The notes beneath the pieces are model-generated. The model made no database searches. It was not told the DNA's origin and was given only the letters and a program-made list of their open reading frames with translations. Positions 19,436 through 28,286 of a DNA stretch of 64,000 nucleotides are shown here, piece after piece. Source of the DNA: Candidatus Thorarchaeota archaeon (GTDB lineage: Archaea; Asgardarchaeota; Thorarchaeia; Thorarchaeales; Thorarchaeaceae); assembly GCA_046758445.1 (NCBI GenBank), contig JBHIAE010000008.1:1-64000 (forward strand), written 5' to 3'. The number at the start of each line of letters is the position of its first letter. Positions within the stretch are counted from its first letter, which is position 1. A program made the translations under genes and the position numbers.

Positions 19436-21151
19436 ATGAACCCGAGTGTGTCAGAGGTATACCAGCGGTTTGTTTGGAATGAAGAACTGTCTGAGCTGGC
19501 GTCAAAACTGTACGACACACCTGCATTGACTATGGGAGCCGTTTTTGATGAAACTCCACCTCTGCTTGAAAGATACGCAAAGACACAATGGCACAGCGGA
19601 GAGAAGAAGACCCACGTCGTTGAGGCACTTATATCAGCAAATCGTAGACTCGGCGTTCTAACACCGAAGGTCAAGGCTAACATTTCCAAACTCTACAATG
19701 GTGTTGTAGAGGCTGGCCATCAGACCATCGTTTTGGGTGGTCCCTGCTATATCCTGAACAAAGCGGCCACCATAGCGAGGATTGCTGCTTTGGGGCACGA
19801 CAAAGACCTTCAGTTCGCGCCGCTCTTCTTCTTGGCTGATTATGATACCGTACAGAGTGAACTCACTAACGTCAGAACCCCCAATGTCGGCCAAGAGGGC
19901 AATCTCGTGGGATTTCCGGTGGAAGAGGGATTTGAACATTCTCCAGTGAGCGCTATCCCACTGCCCAAGTCCGAATGGTATACTCGGGTAGAGGAGAGTA
20001 TCCGCAACAGCTATCGTCCACTGACAAGATCGCTTGACAGCAGAGTCCGTGTACTCCACGAGGAAAGGCTTGAACATGCTATGGCATTGACAAGATGGGC
20101 CTACGATAACTCCAAGACTCTGGGAGAGTGGGGAGCGAAGATCATGGGGCGTCTGTTCAACATCGAGGGGAATCTTGGCATCCCCTTACTTCCAGCGTCC
20201 GATGACTCATTCAGGTCAGTCCTAGTGGAAGGACTTGAGTTGTTGCTGGCAAGAAGGAACAGGGAACGATTTCTAGCTGCACACGATGCAGCGACATTCC
20301 TTATCGAGGAGAACGGGTTTAGGGCACACATAGGTGCGCGAACCGACAGTTACGTACCGTTCTTCTATGAATGTTCAGGGAAGGACTGCCACCGAGCTAG
20401 GATTCAGCTCGCCTATCAGGAGAGTGGGAAGACTGCAGTACTCTCAGGGAAATGCCCCAATTGTGGCGACGTAGTTTCGATTGAAACGAATACGGACACA
20501 CCCGACCTCTCAGACGTGTCCAACTCGTTATCACCTCGCGTTGATTCAAGACAGATGGCTATGGACACGCTACTGCCGGTTGTGGTCCATGTCGGTGGAA
20601 CTGGAGAAACAGCTTACTACGCACAGGTGATTCCAGTCGCAAAGGAGTTAGGGCTTCCATTCCCCGAAGTCCTAAAGTATCCACGCGTTTACTTCAACAC
20701 ACCTTGGAATGAGGAGCTCGCTGGCACCCTTAGCCAGAAAGGACTTCCTACTCTACACAGTCCAGAGATGTTCAAGACGATTGGACGGATAGCCCGATTT
20801 CGGAAGAAAAAGGCGTATGAAGAAATGAACTCCGCCCTCGCGCAATTTGATAATCAACTTCAGAACTCGCACATGAAGCTCAATCATTTGCTTGCAGATC
20901 TAGAATCTAGAAGAAGAGAAGAAGAGAGCAGGACCAGCGATGACAATTTGAAGACCAGGCTTGAGTTGGAGAAATACTTGAGCTGGGTCTATGGACAGTT
21001 CACAGAGGGTAAGATTGGTCAAGAGGCTACTTGGTCATGGATGGAATGGGCCGTAAATTCAGGATTCCCAGACTTGTTTGGTCCATACTGGAGAGCTTAC
21101 GTTGCTGAGATGAAAAACGGAGCCACTCACTTCGTGAACTTCACACTGTAG
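19436..21151 (+). CDS. bshC: Bacillithiol biosynthesis cysteine-adding enzyme
   Basis: AGHQTIVLGGPCYILNKA, ADYD, LSPRVDSR...LLP...VGGTGETAYYAQ, YPR; coiled coil near the C-terminus; directly after bshA. Confidence 0.85.
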   Translation: MNPSVSEVYQRFVWNEELSELASKLYDTPALTMGAVFDETPPLLERYAKTQWHSGEKKTHVVEALISANRRLGVLTPKVKANISKLYNGVVEAGHQTIVLGGPCYILNKAATIARIAALGHDKDLQFAPLFFLADYDTVQSELTNVRTPNVGQEGNLVGFPVEEGFEHSPVSAIPLPKSEWYTRVEESIRNSYRPLTRSLDSRVRVLHEERLEHAMALTRWAYDNSKTLGEWGAKIMGRLFNIEGNLGIPLLPASDDSFRSVLVEGLELLLARRNRERFLAAHDAATFLIEENGFRAHIGARTDSYVPFFYECSGKDCHRARIQLAYQESGKTAVLSGKCPNCGDVVSIETNTDTPDLSDVSNSLSPRVDSRQMAMDTLLPVVVHVGGTGETAYYAQVIPVAKELGLPFPEVLKYPRVYFNTPWNEELAGTLSQKGLPTLHSPEMFKTIGRIARFRKKKAYEEMNSALAQFDNQLQNSHMKLNHLLADLESRRREEESRTSDDNLKTRLELEKYLSWVYGQFTEGKIGQEATWSWMEWAVNSGFPDLFGPYWRAYVAEMKNGATHFVNFTL

Positions 21152-21190
21152 TAGGTGGCAAGAACGGATGCCTATCAGGGGCAATCCATT

Positions 21191-22456
21191 CTAGAGATGC
21201 TCAGAGAGAAGACTACCAAGACGCTCAATTCCGGCAGAAATCACGTCCGGTGAAGCGTACGAATAACCAAGTCGCATCGTGTTGTCTTTAGGCTTGCTTG
21301 GTTCGAGATCACTTCCATTGTTGACAAGCTTGTACCCGGTGATTGGATAGAATGCTCCCCCAGGCACATACAGAAGTTCGTTAGGTATCGCAACATCCTT
21401 CAAGAACTTTGCACTGTCAAAGGGCTTCTCGCTCTCCCACCAGATGAAGAAGCCACCTGTTGGGTCAGTCCGTTCTCCAGCAGGAAAGGATGCGTCAATC
21501 GCTTTCGCCATCGCCTCATAGCGTTCCTTGTACTTCGGTATCGCTTGGCGCATTGCTTCGTCGATATAGTTCGTGTAATAGATGTCTAAGATGCGCTGTA
21601 CAAGTGTCGATGTACACAGATCTAGGTATCCCTTGTCTTTGACCACCTGATCCCTGACATTCTCTGGTAAGACTGAGTATCCGACTCTCAACACCGCAGC
21701 TTCCTTGCTTGAAGTGCCAAGATATGCTACTCGCTCATTTTCCTTATCGAGGGTCTTTATGGCACGCGAATTCTCCTTGAATTGTATCTCTGCATAGGCT
21801 GAGTCTTCGAGAATTAGGATGTTGTGACTCTCGCATATGTCGAACAGAGCTTGACGTCGGTTCATGGGAAGCGTTGTTCCCTTTGGATTGTCAGAATCAG
21901 GCACCACATACACAATGTCTGGGCACTTCCCGAAGCTCGACTTGGATAGCAGAATGGCCTTCTCCACGTCCTCCGGTATCATACCGTCAAGGTCCGTTGG
22001 CACGGTGATTACCCTGGCACCAAGCTTCACAGCAGGGACAAGAAAGCCCAGATATGCTGGCGAGGGAGTGATAATCACATCACCCGGATTAATCATAGTG
22101 TCAAGAATGGCATAGAGTGCCTGTTGTGACCCGTTGGTCACAGACACACATTCCCACTCATTCTCACAATTGACAGGGATCTTCCTCACATCTTGAAGGC
22201 GCTTCGCCAGGGTCTTGAGGAACCAAGGCTGGCCCCCTGTTGGACCGTAATTCAGGTCGTCAATGGCCTGCTTCGGTTTCTCCTGGTATGTCTGACCCAA
22301 ATCCTTCATGATCTGACCGAAGATCTCAGTTGGCATGATACCAGGTAATCCACCAGCGAAGTAGTACTGCACCTTGTATTTGAGAAGAGCTCTAATCTGG
22401 GACTCCGCAATGAAGGATGTCCAAGTCGCAAAACTATAACCTGAGTTGTTTCCCAT
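21191..22456 (-). CDS. PLP-dependent class I/II aminotransferase (LysN/ARO8-like)
   Basis: FAGGLP, NYGPTGG, TNGSQQAL, NPKG, EDSAY, GTSSK, LRVG, GGFFIW; likely start MGNNSG at 22456. Confidence 0.9.
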   Translation of the reverse strand: MGNNSGYSFATWTSFIAESQIRALLKYKVQYYFAGGLPGIMPTEIFGQIMKDLGQTYQEKPKQAIDDLNYGPTGGQPWFLKTLAKRLQDVRKIPVNCENEWECVSVTNGSQQALYAILDTMINPGDVIITPSPAYLGFLVPAVKLGARVITVPTDLDGMIPEDVEKAILLSKSSFGKCPDIVYVVPDSDNPKGTTLPMNRRQALFDICESHNILILEDSAYAEIQFKENSRAIKTLDKENERVAYLGTSSKEAAVLRVGYSVLPENVRDQVVKDKGYLDLCTSTLVQRILDIYYTNYIDEAMRQAIPKYKERYEAMAKAIDASFPAGERTDPTGGFFIWWESEKPFDSAKFLKDVAIPNELLYVPGGAFYPITGYKLVNNGSDLEPSKPKDNTMRLGYSYASPDVISAGIERLGSLLSEHL

Positions 22457-22674
22457 CAGTTCTCGCTCCCCGAGTCTGCTGGTGGCCCACCACCCGGCCC
22501 GGATGCGCTGATCATGTACAAGAGTGTACATTCACAACAGGATAGGGCTTTGCTTGCCCTTTATCTGTTTCTCAGAAATGGACTATCTGGACGTTCCATC
22601 TTGGTCCATGATGTACACAAATGTGCGCTCTGGCTGAGCACAAGACGAGATTCGATAGCAGGCGATCAAACGGC

Positions 22675-23499
22675 TTATTGCGTTTCGGCCGCGATTGATG
22701 CTGCGACACTTCCCGGATGGTCAGCGTTGACAATGGACCTAGCGACGATAACGTAGGATGCACCAGCCTCAACTGCATCTTTGGCCGCGCCGCCCTGGGT
22801 GCCCACCCCTGGACTGAGAATTGGAATCTCACTATCCAGGACCTTTCGGACTTCCTCAATCTTCTCCGGAAAAGTCGCCCCTACAACAGCTCCGTCGCTG
22901 CCCCACCGATTGGCACGTCTCGCAAAGGACACGTAGAGAGGCTCATGCGTCTTCTTGTCAAGGTTGACTTCTAGTCCATAACCCTCACTCGCTCCAGGAT
23001 GCGACATGTAGCACAGTGTGATGATACCGCGTTGCTTCTTTCTTGCAATCTCAAACACAGAGTCCATTCCGTCCTTCCAGCCAACAAACGGATTGACGGT
23101 CAGTGCATCAAATCCGGCATCAAAGTAGTGCCGGGCAATGTGGGCATTGGTGTTTCCAATATCGTTGATCTTGCAGTCCATGATTGTACTTAGTCCTTCA
23201 TCGTGGACTGCTTCCACGATTTTGGGAATTCTATCAAAGAGCCCGAGTGGGAGAACTAGCTGTCTGTTGAACTTGAAGGCAATCGCATGGTCCGCAGTGG
23301 CTTTCACGATATCCAGTGCCTCCCTTTCCACTCGGTCCTTCTCGGCTTTCTGCTCCTTTCGATTCTTCCCACGCATTTGGGCCACTAAATCAAGTCCGAT
23401 AATGAGTCGACTCTTCCTCACGAACGCTGCCGCTTGGAGCTTCCTCGCAAAAATCTGATCTACCACAGCTCTCCAACTCCACACCATACCTGTCCTCAT
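22675..23499 (-). CDS. pyrF: Orotidine 5'-phosphate decarboxylase
   Basis: IIGLD, DCKINDIGNT, MSHPG, VVGAT, SPGVGTQGG, IVARSI. Confidence 0.95.
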   Translation of the reverse strand: MRTGMVWSWRAVVDQIFARKLQAAAFVRKSRLIIGLDLVAQMRGKNRKEQKAEKDRVEREALDIVKATADHAIAFKFNRQLVLPLGLFDRIPKIVEAVHDEGLSTIMDCKINDIGNTNAHIARHYFDAGFDALTVNPFVGWKDGMDSVFEIARKKQRGIITLCYMSHPGASEGYGLEVNLDKKTHEPLYVSFARRANRWGSDGAVVGATFPEKIEEVRKVLDSEIPILSPGVGTQGGAAKDAVEAGASYVIVARSIVNADHPGSVAASIAAETQ

Positions 23500-23503
23500 A
23501 CCA

Positions 23504-23513
23504 CTTATATGAA
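23504..23513. promoter_or_regulatory. TATA-box-like element in the divergent pyrF / membrane-protein intergenic region
   Basis: CTTATATGAA lies about 20-25 nt from the alternative pyrF ATG at 23487, consistent with a leaderless archaeal transcript. Confidence 0.45.
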
Positions 23514-23545
23514 ATGCACGCCTCGTTCAGCTCGGAGAGCATAAG

Positions 23546-24589
23546 TTGAGTCCGGACTGGTTGACGACACGACTAACAGTCGTGATGTTGGGTGTGATGG
23601 GTCCAGTCTACTTCTTTCTACTGATGATGTTCCTTCCTTTCCAGCTCATGCCTTTCATGGACCCGGTCTTGGACTGGTGGTACCACTACATAATTGTGCC
23701 AAGCGTATTCTCTGCGCCGTGGGTGGGCATCATATACTACAGCCGCTACAGGTTGGCAAACACAGTTCATCTGATGGACGAAACCACAGATGCTGTGCCT
23801 CTCAGGTGGCGCGTCTTCTACGGGTTCAATGCTGCCTTCGTGGTGACATTCTTCATTCTGCCAATGGTTGCAGCTCCCCTTGCAATAGTTTCAGGCCTGT
23901 TCGTCGCAGGAACTGTGTTCTACAGGATTGGCGTTGGCAAGTTTGGAGGAGGGAGAGCTGCCGCAGCTCTGGCTGTAATAATGGGAATTGTCCTTTGCAT
24001 AGTCCCGTTCATAATCACAATTGAGTTCATACCCAGGTACCTTGAGGTCTGGAATGCAGTGCTTGGAAGTTGGGAAGGCTATTGGCTCAGAGTTGTCTAT
24101 GGATTTGCACAGTGTCTGGTGAACGCATTGAGTTTCGGGGCTCCAGTCTATTTCGTGTTCTTTGCAGCCAAGGAGTACGACAAGGGTCTCTATGGCACTG
24201 TCTACACCCGGACTCCCACGAGGTGGATTAGGATCGGCGAGCTCATTCTCTTCCTGGTCTTTCTGTATGTGTATCTCCCGCCGATAGACACACCTTTTGG
24301 ACAACTCCAATTCCTAGACCAGTCGTGGGTCTTCACGAACGGCATCAACTGGATATCCCTCTCGATTGTTGCATTGATGATTCTCGTGAGGTTCAGAATG
24401 GGTGTTCAAGACAACAGCACTCTGGGGGGCCCTTCAAACATACTAGTCGTAGGCATGTTTCTGGTAGTGGAGCTGTTCTTCAAGACCAACCTTCTGCTCA
24501 TCACTCTGATAATCTGGCTTGCGTTCCTGATCTTCGCCGCAGTCAGCCTTGCGAGCTTCGCCAGAGCATCTCCGAGGGAGATGTACTAG
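23546..24589 (+). CDS. Hypothetical polytopic membrane protein (about 10 TM)
   Basis: 347-aa strongly hydrophobic ORF. Confidence 0.8.
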   Translation: MSPDWLTTRLTVVMLGVMGPVYFFLLMMFLPFQLMPFMDPVLDWWYHYIIVPSVFSAPWVGIIYYSRYRLANTVHLMDETTDAVPLRWRVFYGFNAAFVVTFFILPMVAAPLAIVSGLFVAGTVFYRIGVGKFGGGRAAAALAVIMGIVLCIVPFIITIEFIPRYLEVWNAVLGSWEGYWLRVVYGFAQCLVNALSFGAPVYFVFFAAKEYDKGLYGTVYTRTPTRWIRIGELILFLVFLYVYLPPIDTPFGQLQFLDQSWVFTNGINWISLSIVALMILVRFRMGVQDNSTLGGPSNILVVGMFLVVELFFKTNLLLITLIIWLAFLIFAAVSLASFARASPREMY

Positions 24590-24590
24590 C

Positions 24591-25028
24591 TTGCAGAAGA
24601 GACCTGCTTCCTCTGTAGACATAGCGATTTCTGATGGGCAACGGATCGTCTTGGTCAAGAGAGGTTGGGAGCCCTTCAAAGGACGATGGGCCTTGCCAGG
24701 AGGATTTGTGGAGTATGGCGAAACAGTCGAAAAGGCTGCTCTCAGAGAAGTCGTTGAAGAGACCTCGATGGTAGTGAAGCTGGAAGCCGTTTTGGGAGTC
24801 TATAGCGCACATGACAGAGACCCGAGAGGCCACACAGTGACATCCGTATTTGTTGCTCGACCGTTGAGTGGAGAGCCACAAGGCGGTGACGATGCAGCTG
24901 CTGCGTCCTGGGTAGACCTGGAATCTGTTGACGCAGAGGACTTGGCCTTTGACCATGGCCTCATCGTGAAGGACCTGAAGAAGTGGCTCAAAGAGAGATC
25001 CACATTCTGGTCCACAAAAGACCGATAG
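24591..25028 (+). CDS. NUDIX hydrolase (ADP-ribose pyrophosphatase-like)
   Basis: WALPGGFVEYGETVEKAALREVVEET Nudix box, RDPRGH, LAFDH; TTG start right after the upstream stop. Confidence 0.92.
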   Translation: MQKRPASSVDIAISDGQRIVLVKRGWEPFKGRWALPGGFVEYGETVEKAALREVVEETSMVVKLEAVLGVYSAHDRDPRGHTVTSVFVARPLSGEPQGGDDAAAASWVDLESVDAEDLAFDHGLIVKDLKKWLKERSTFWSTKDR

Positions 25029-25211
25029 CGAACTACAGATTGAGAATCTCAAGCTTCTCAGCAAGTCTGATGATTGGAAGGTAGGCAACCCGAGGTTGCG
25101 CTTCGGAGCTGGGATAATCGGTGCTGCCCGCAACATTGACCCAAATGGTGTACAGAGCAAGGTCGGTGGAAGATGACTTATCAGTCTGAGCCTGGGATGG
25201 TCATATGAAAC

Positions 25212-27791
25212 ATGAGTACTCTAGACATGACCCTTGAGAAGCTCTTCATAAGAGAGGACCAAACAGCCCTGCGCAAGGATCTCCGTTCAATGACCTCCAG
25301 CCTCGGATGGAAAGAAACCTGTGGCCGCTTGGGTAATGCGATTAGATCATGTTGTTCTGGTCGATGGCTTCTCGTAAACAAGCGCCTCCTCTCGCTCTTC
25401 GATATGGAGGAATTGATTGGATATGATGGCGATGTGATGGAAATCCTGCAGTCTGTTCCAGATACAGATGATTTCAATGAAGTGAACCGTCTGGCTCGGG
25501 ACAAGATGATTGCTATTGTACAAGAACAGTTGGAGAGGTCTGGCTCGACACTCTTCTTTGACATTGAATCTATGACGAAGAAAGCCACAGCCAAAGTGGT
25601 AGCCGAAGTTTCAAAAGCGCGCATACATGAATTCGCTGGAGTTCTAAACGCTCAGACAAAGAGTTCAACTCTAGACCTTCTGGCCCTCTGGGTAACCGAA
25701 TACGGGTTTCGAATGCTCAGGGCTTTGGGAGTGGAAGGAATCATCGAGTTGAGTGAAAGTCGGGGAGCTACATATGTTATTGAGTATATCAAGAAACGAT
25801 TCACAGAAGTCGAAAAGCTTGATCCGAATGCCTCAATCTTGAACGGTGACTTTCAGCATAAATCTCCGCTTCTCGAAATGTCTGTCAGACTCAGAAATCT
25901 AATGACCTCACTTCTTGACCTCGAACTCAAAAAGGACCTCGTGCCAATCTCGTCCTTGACCTATCTTCATGAGGCTGGCTACGCTGACGCTGCCGAGTTC
26001 CTGAGGATGATTAGAAAGGTTCTTACATCCAAAATCAGGACAGAACCGTGGAAGAATGTCGACGTCAGACCCTTCATCTTCGCGATTCGCGAATTCGCCG
26101 CAAAGGCGCCCAAGATTGCGGTCAAAGAACTAGACTTGATGCTCAATCTTCCACTTCCCATGAGAAATCATGAAGACTATGAGCTTGTCGATACTGTTCA
26201 TGTAGAGTGCTTGAGAAAGCTGAGGGATATAGGAACAAAGCAGGCCATCGATGTGATCAACCAGTTCGTTTCCAAGCTGGAATGGGAGTCTGACATTGAG
26301 GACGGATGCAAGTCGAGGGCAGGTCTGAAATGGTCCACAATGCAGGCGTTGAAGATTGCTGAGGATGTCATGCTGGAACATAGACGGTCTGAGATGGCGA
26401 ATGTATACATGGAATTCAAAGAGTGCCTTAGATGGCATGCTCCGTGGTACATAGGCGAGCTATGTGAATGGGTTGTGGATGGAATTGTGAAAACGCAAGG
26501 ATCGCAAGCTATCGGTCCTCTATTGGAGCATCTGGTCTGGAATCATGCAAAATATGATGAGTGTAATTACGAAATCGAAATCGATGGCAGAATCTTCAAT
26601 GGTCTAGTCAAGATAGGAGAACCAGCTATTCCGGGCCTTATTGACCAGTTGGAAGACCATGAATTGGGCTTTCTTCTCTTTGACGTTCTAGCTCACATTG
26701 GAGGCTCCGCCGGGGAACAAGTCTTCGCCCGATTCAAACATGGATTTCATTACGCTTCTTCTGATTTTGGTCGAGCCTTTGTTAGCTTCTTTGCGAAACA
26801 GGACCACCCAAAGGCACTTGAAGCATCACTAGTTGCCCTCAATTCACCTCCCGATGACATGACTGAGGATGAATGGTTTGATTCGATGTCGGTTGGGATA
26901 GATGAAAGTGAAATTGTTGCTGCTTTATCAAGTGACAGCAGTTGTGTCAGAAATGGTGCTACTCTGTATTTGGCCAAGAGGGCAAATAGCGTGAATAGTG
27001 TCACCGCGATGCTAGACCTCGGAGCGTCCCATTTCCAAACAAGGCAAGTCTACTTTCCTGACCGCTACGATGACTACGACACTGCCCCGGAATGGACATT
27101 CTACCATCTCGCTGAGGCTGCCCTTAGAATCGGTGAGAGAGCCATCCTAGCTGTGGTCAACAGGTTTGAATCCTCAGACTGGACTCAAAGGGCTTGTGCC
27201 GCCTTGACATTGTCCACCATAGCAACATTTGAAACTGGAGAACAGCTCCTTTGCGCGAATGGTCTGGATGAGTTTCTGGCGAAGTTCTTTGATGAAGGAT
27301 TCCGACTTGGAAGAAGCTATGAGGAGATGAGAGATGAACTCTGGTGTGCCGACCTTCCCTTTGGCGGTTTCTGGATGAATCGAGCGGTGGCAATTGGTAA
27401 GTTTCTGACTCTGAAAGACGGTAACTGGAGTTGGGATAGGGATAGTGTCAAGGAAGAGGTTACAGCCTCTGAAGAACCGTGGCTTGTAGTGGGCAGCGTT
27501 GGCCAGTTCGAAGAGCTGCTCCAAGACGAGAGTATTGTTGAAGCCATACAGGAGGTTGGTGACCGCATTGCTATGGGAATCGAGTCGGCAATGTCAGATG
27601 ATATTAGAGTTCTCCGAATTGTGACAGAGGTACTAGGCATTAAAGCTATCACGACAAATGGCAGATTCCAGAGTGCACTGATGGAAGCGCTCAAACATCC
27701 TCGAAGAGTGAGTCTGCGAGCCCGAGTTTCTGAAGATCTGGTACTGATGGAGAACGAGCAGATTCGCAGAACAATCAAGATGGGGAACTAG
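25212..27791 (+). CDS. Large HEAT/PBS-lyase-repeat-like hypothetical protein
   Basis: 859 aa; LVKIGEPAIPGLIDQL, ALRIGERAILAVVNRF...QRACAALTL. Confidence 0.7.
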   Translation: MSTLDMTLEKLFIREDQTALRKDLRSMTSSLGWKETCGRLGNAIRSCCSGRWLLVNKRLLSLFDMEELIGYDGDVMEILQSVPDTDDFNEVNRLARDKMIAIVQEQLERSGSTLFFDIESMTKKATAKVVAEVSKARIHEFAGVLNAQTKSSTLDLLALWVTEYGFRMLRALGVEGIIELSESRGATYVIEYIKKRFTEVEKLDPNASILNGDFQHKSPLLEMSVRLRNLMTSLLDLELKKDLVPISSLTYLHEAGYADAAEFLRMIRKVLTSKIRTEPWKNVDVRPFIFAIREFAAKAPKIAVKELDLMLNLPLPMRNHEDYELVDTVHVECLRKLRDIGTKQAIDVINQFVSKLEWESDIEDGCKSRAGLKWSTMQALKIAEDVMLEHRRSEMANVYMEFKECLRWHAPWYIGELCEWVVDGIVKTQGSQAIGPLLEHLVWNHAKYDECNYEIEIDGRIFNGLVKIGEPAIPGLIDQLEDHELGFLLFDVLAHIGGSAGEQVFARFKHGFHYASSDFGRAFVSFFAKQDHPKALEASLVALNSPPDDMTEDEWFDSMSVGIDESEIVAALSSDSSCVRNGATLYLAKRANSVNSVTAMLDLGASHFQTRQVYFPDRYDDYDTAPEWTFYHLAEAALRIGERAILAVVNRFESSDWTQRACAALTLSTIATFETGEQLLCANGLDEFLAKFFDEGFRLGRSYEEMRDELWCADLPFGGFWMNRAVAIGKFLTLKDGNWSWDRDSVKEEVTASEEPWLVVGSVGQFEELLQDESIVEAIQEVGDRIAMGIESAMSDDIRVLRIVTEVLGIKAITTNGRFQSALMEALKHPRRVSLRARVSEDLVLMENEQIRRTIKMGN

Positions 27792-27881
27792 TTCTTGCTC
27801 CCATGTCTTGGAGTCCTCATCAACAACTCTCGTATCATTAAGGTCACAAGAACCCAATCGAAGGCAGTCATGGGTATGGAT

Positions 27882-28238
27882 CTAGAGGTCGAGAATCTCT
27901 AGTTTCTCGGCCAATTTGATAATCGGAAGATACGCAACCCTCGGCTCTGCCTCAAGAGTCTTGACAAACTCGATTGATTCCTTATCCCTGCTCCTGTACG
28001 CCAAGAAGCTACCTTCCGGTGGTCCCTCGCCTTCCGCGTAAACCCACAGGGGTAAACCATAGTTAAGAAAGAATCCGTGGTGTGAGATAAGCGTCCCGAA
28101 GATGTGACGGCCCTCATATTCAAAGTAGAACATGCTCGCAGGACGGTCCCTCTGTGAAGATGATACGAGCATCCTCGCAAGCTCCATCATCGACTCAAGC
28201 TTGATGTTGACAGGTGACTTGACTCCTTCCTCGCTCAT
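27882..28238 (-). CDS. Conserved archaeal hypothetical protein
   Basis: 118-aa ORF with GGTG upstream and a TTATAA box at about 28273. Confidence 0.7.
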   Translation of the reverse strand: MSEEGVKSPVNIKLESMMELARMLVSSSQRDRPASMFYFEYEGRHIFGTLISHHGFFLNYGLPLWVYAEGEGPPEGSFLAYRSRDKESIEFVKTLEAEPRVAYLPIIKLAEKLEILDL

Positions 28239-28286
28239 TCAACGCACCTTAAGGCCACACAATTATGCTCGCTTATAAGAGTAGTT

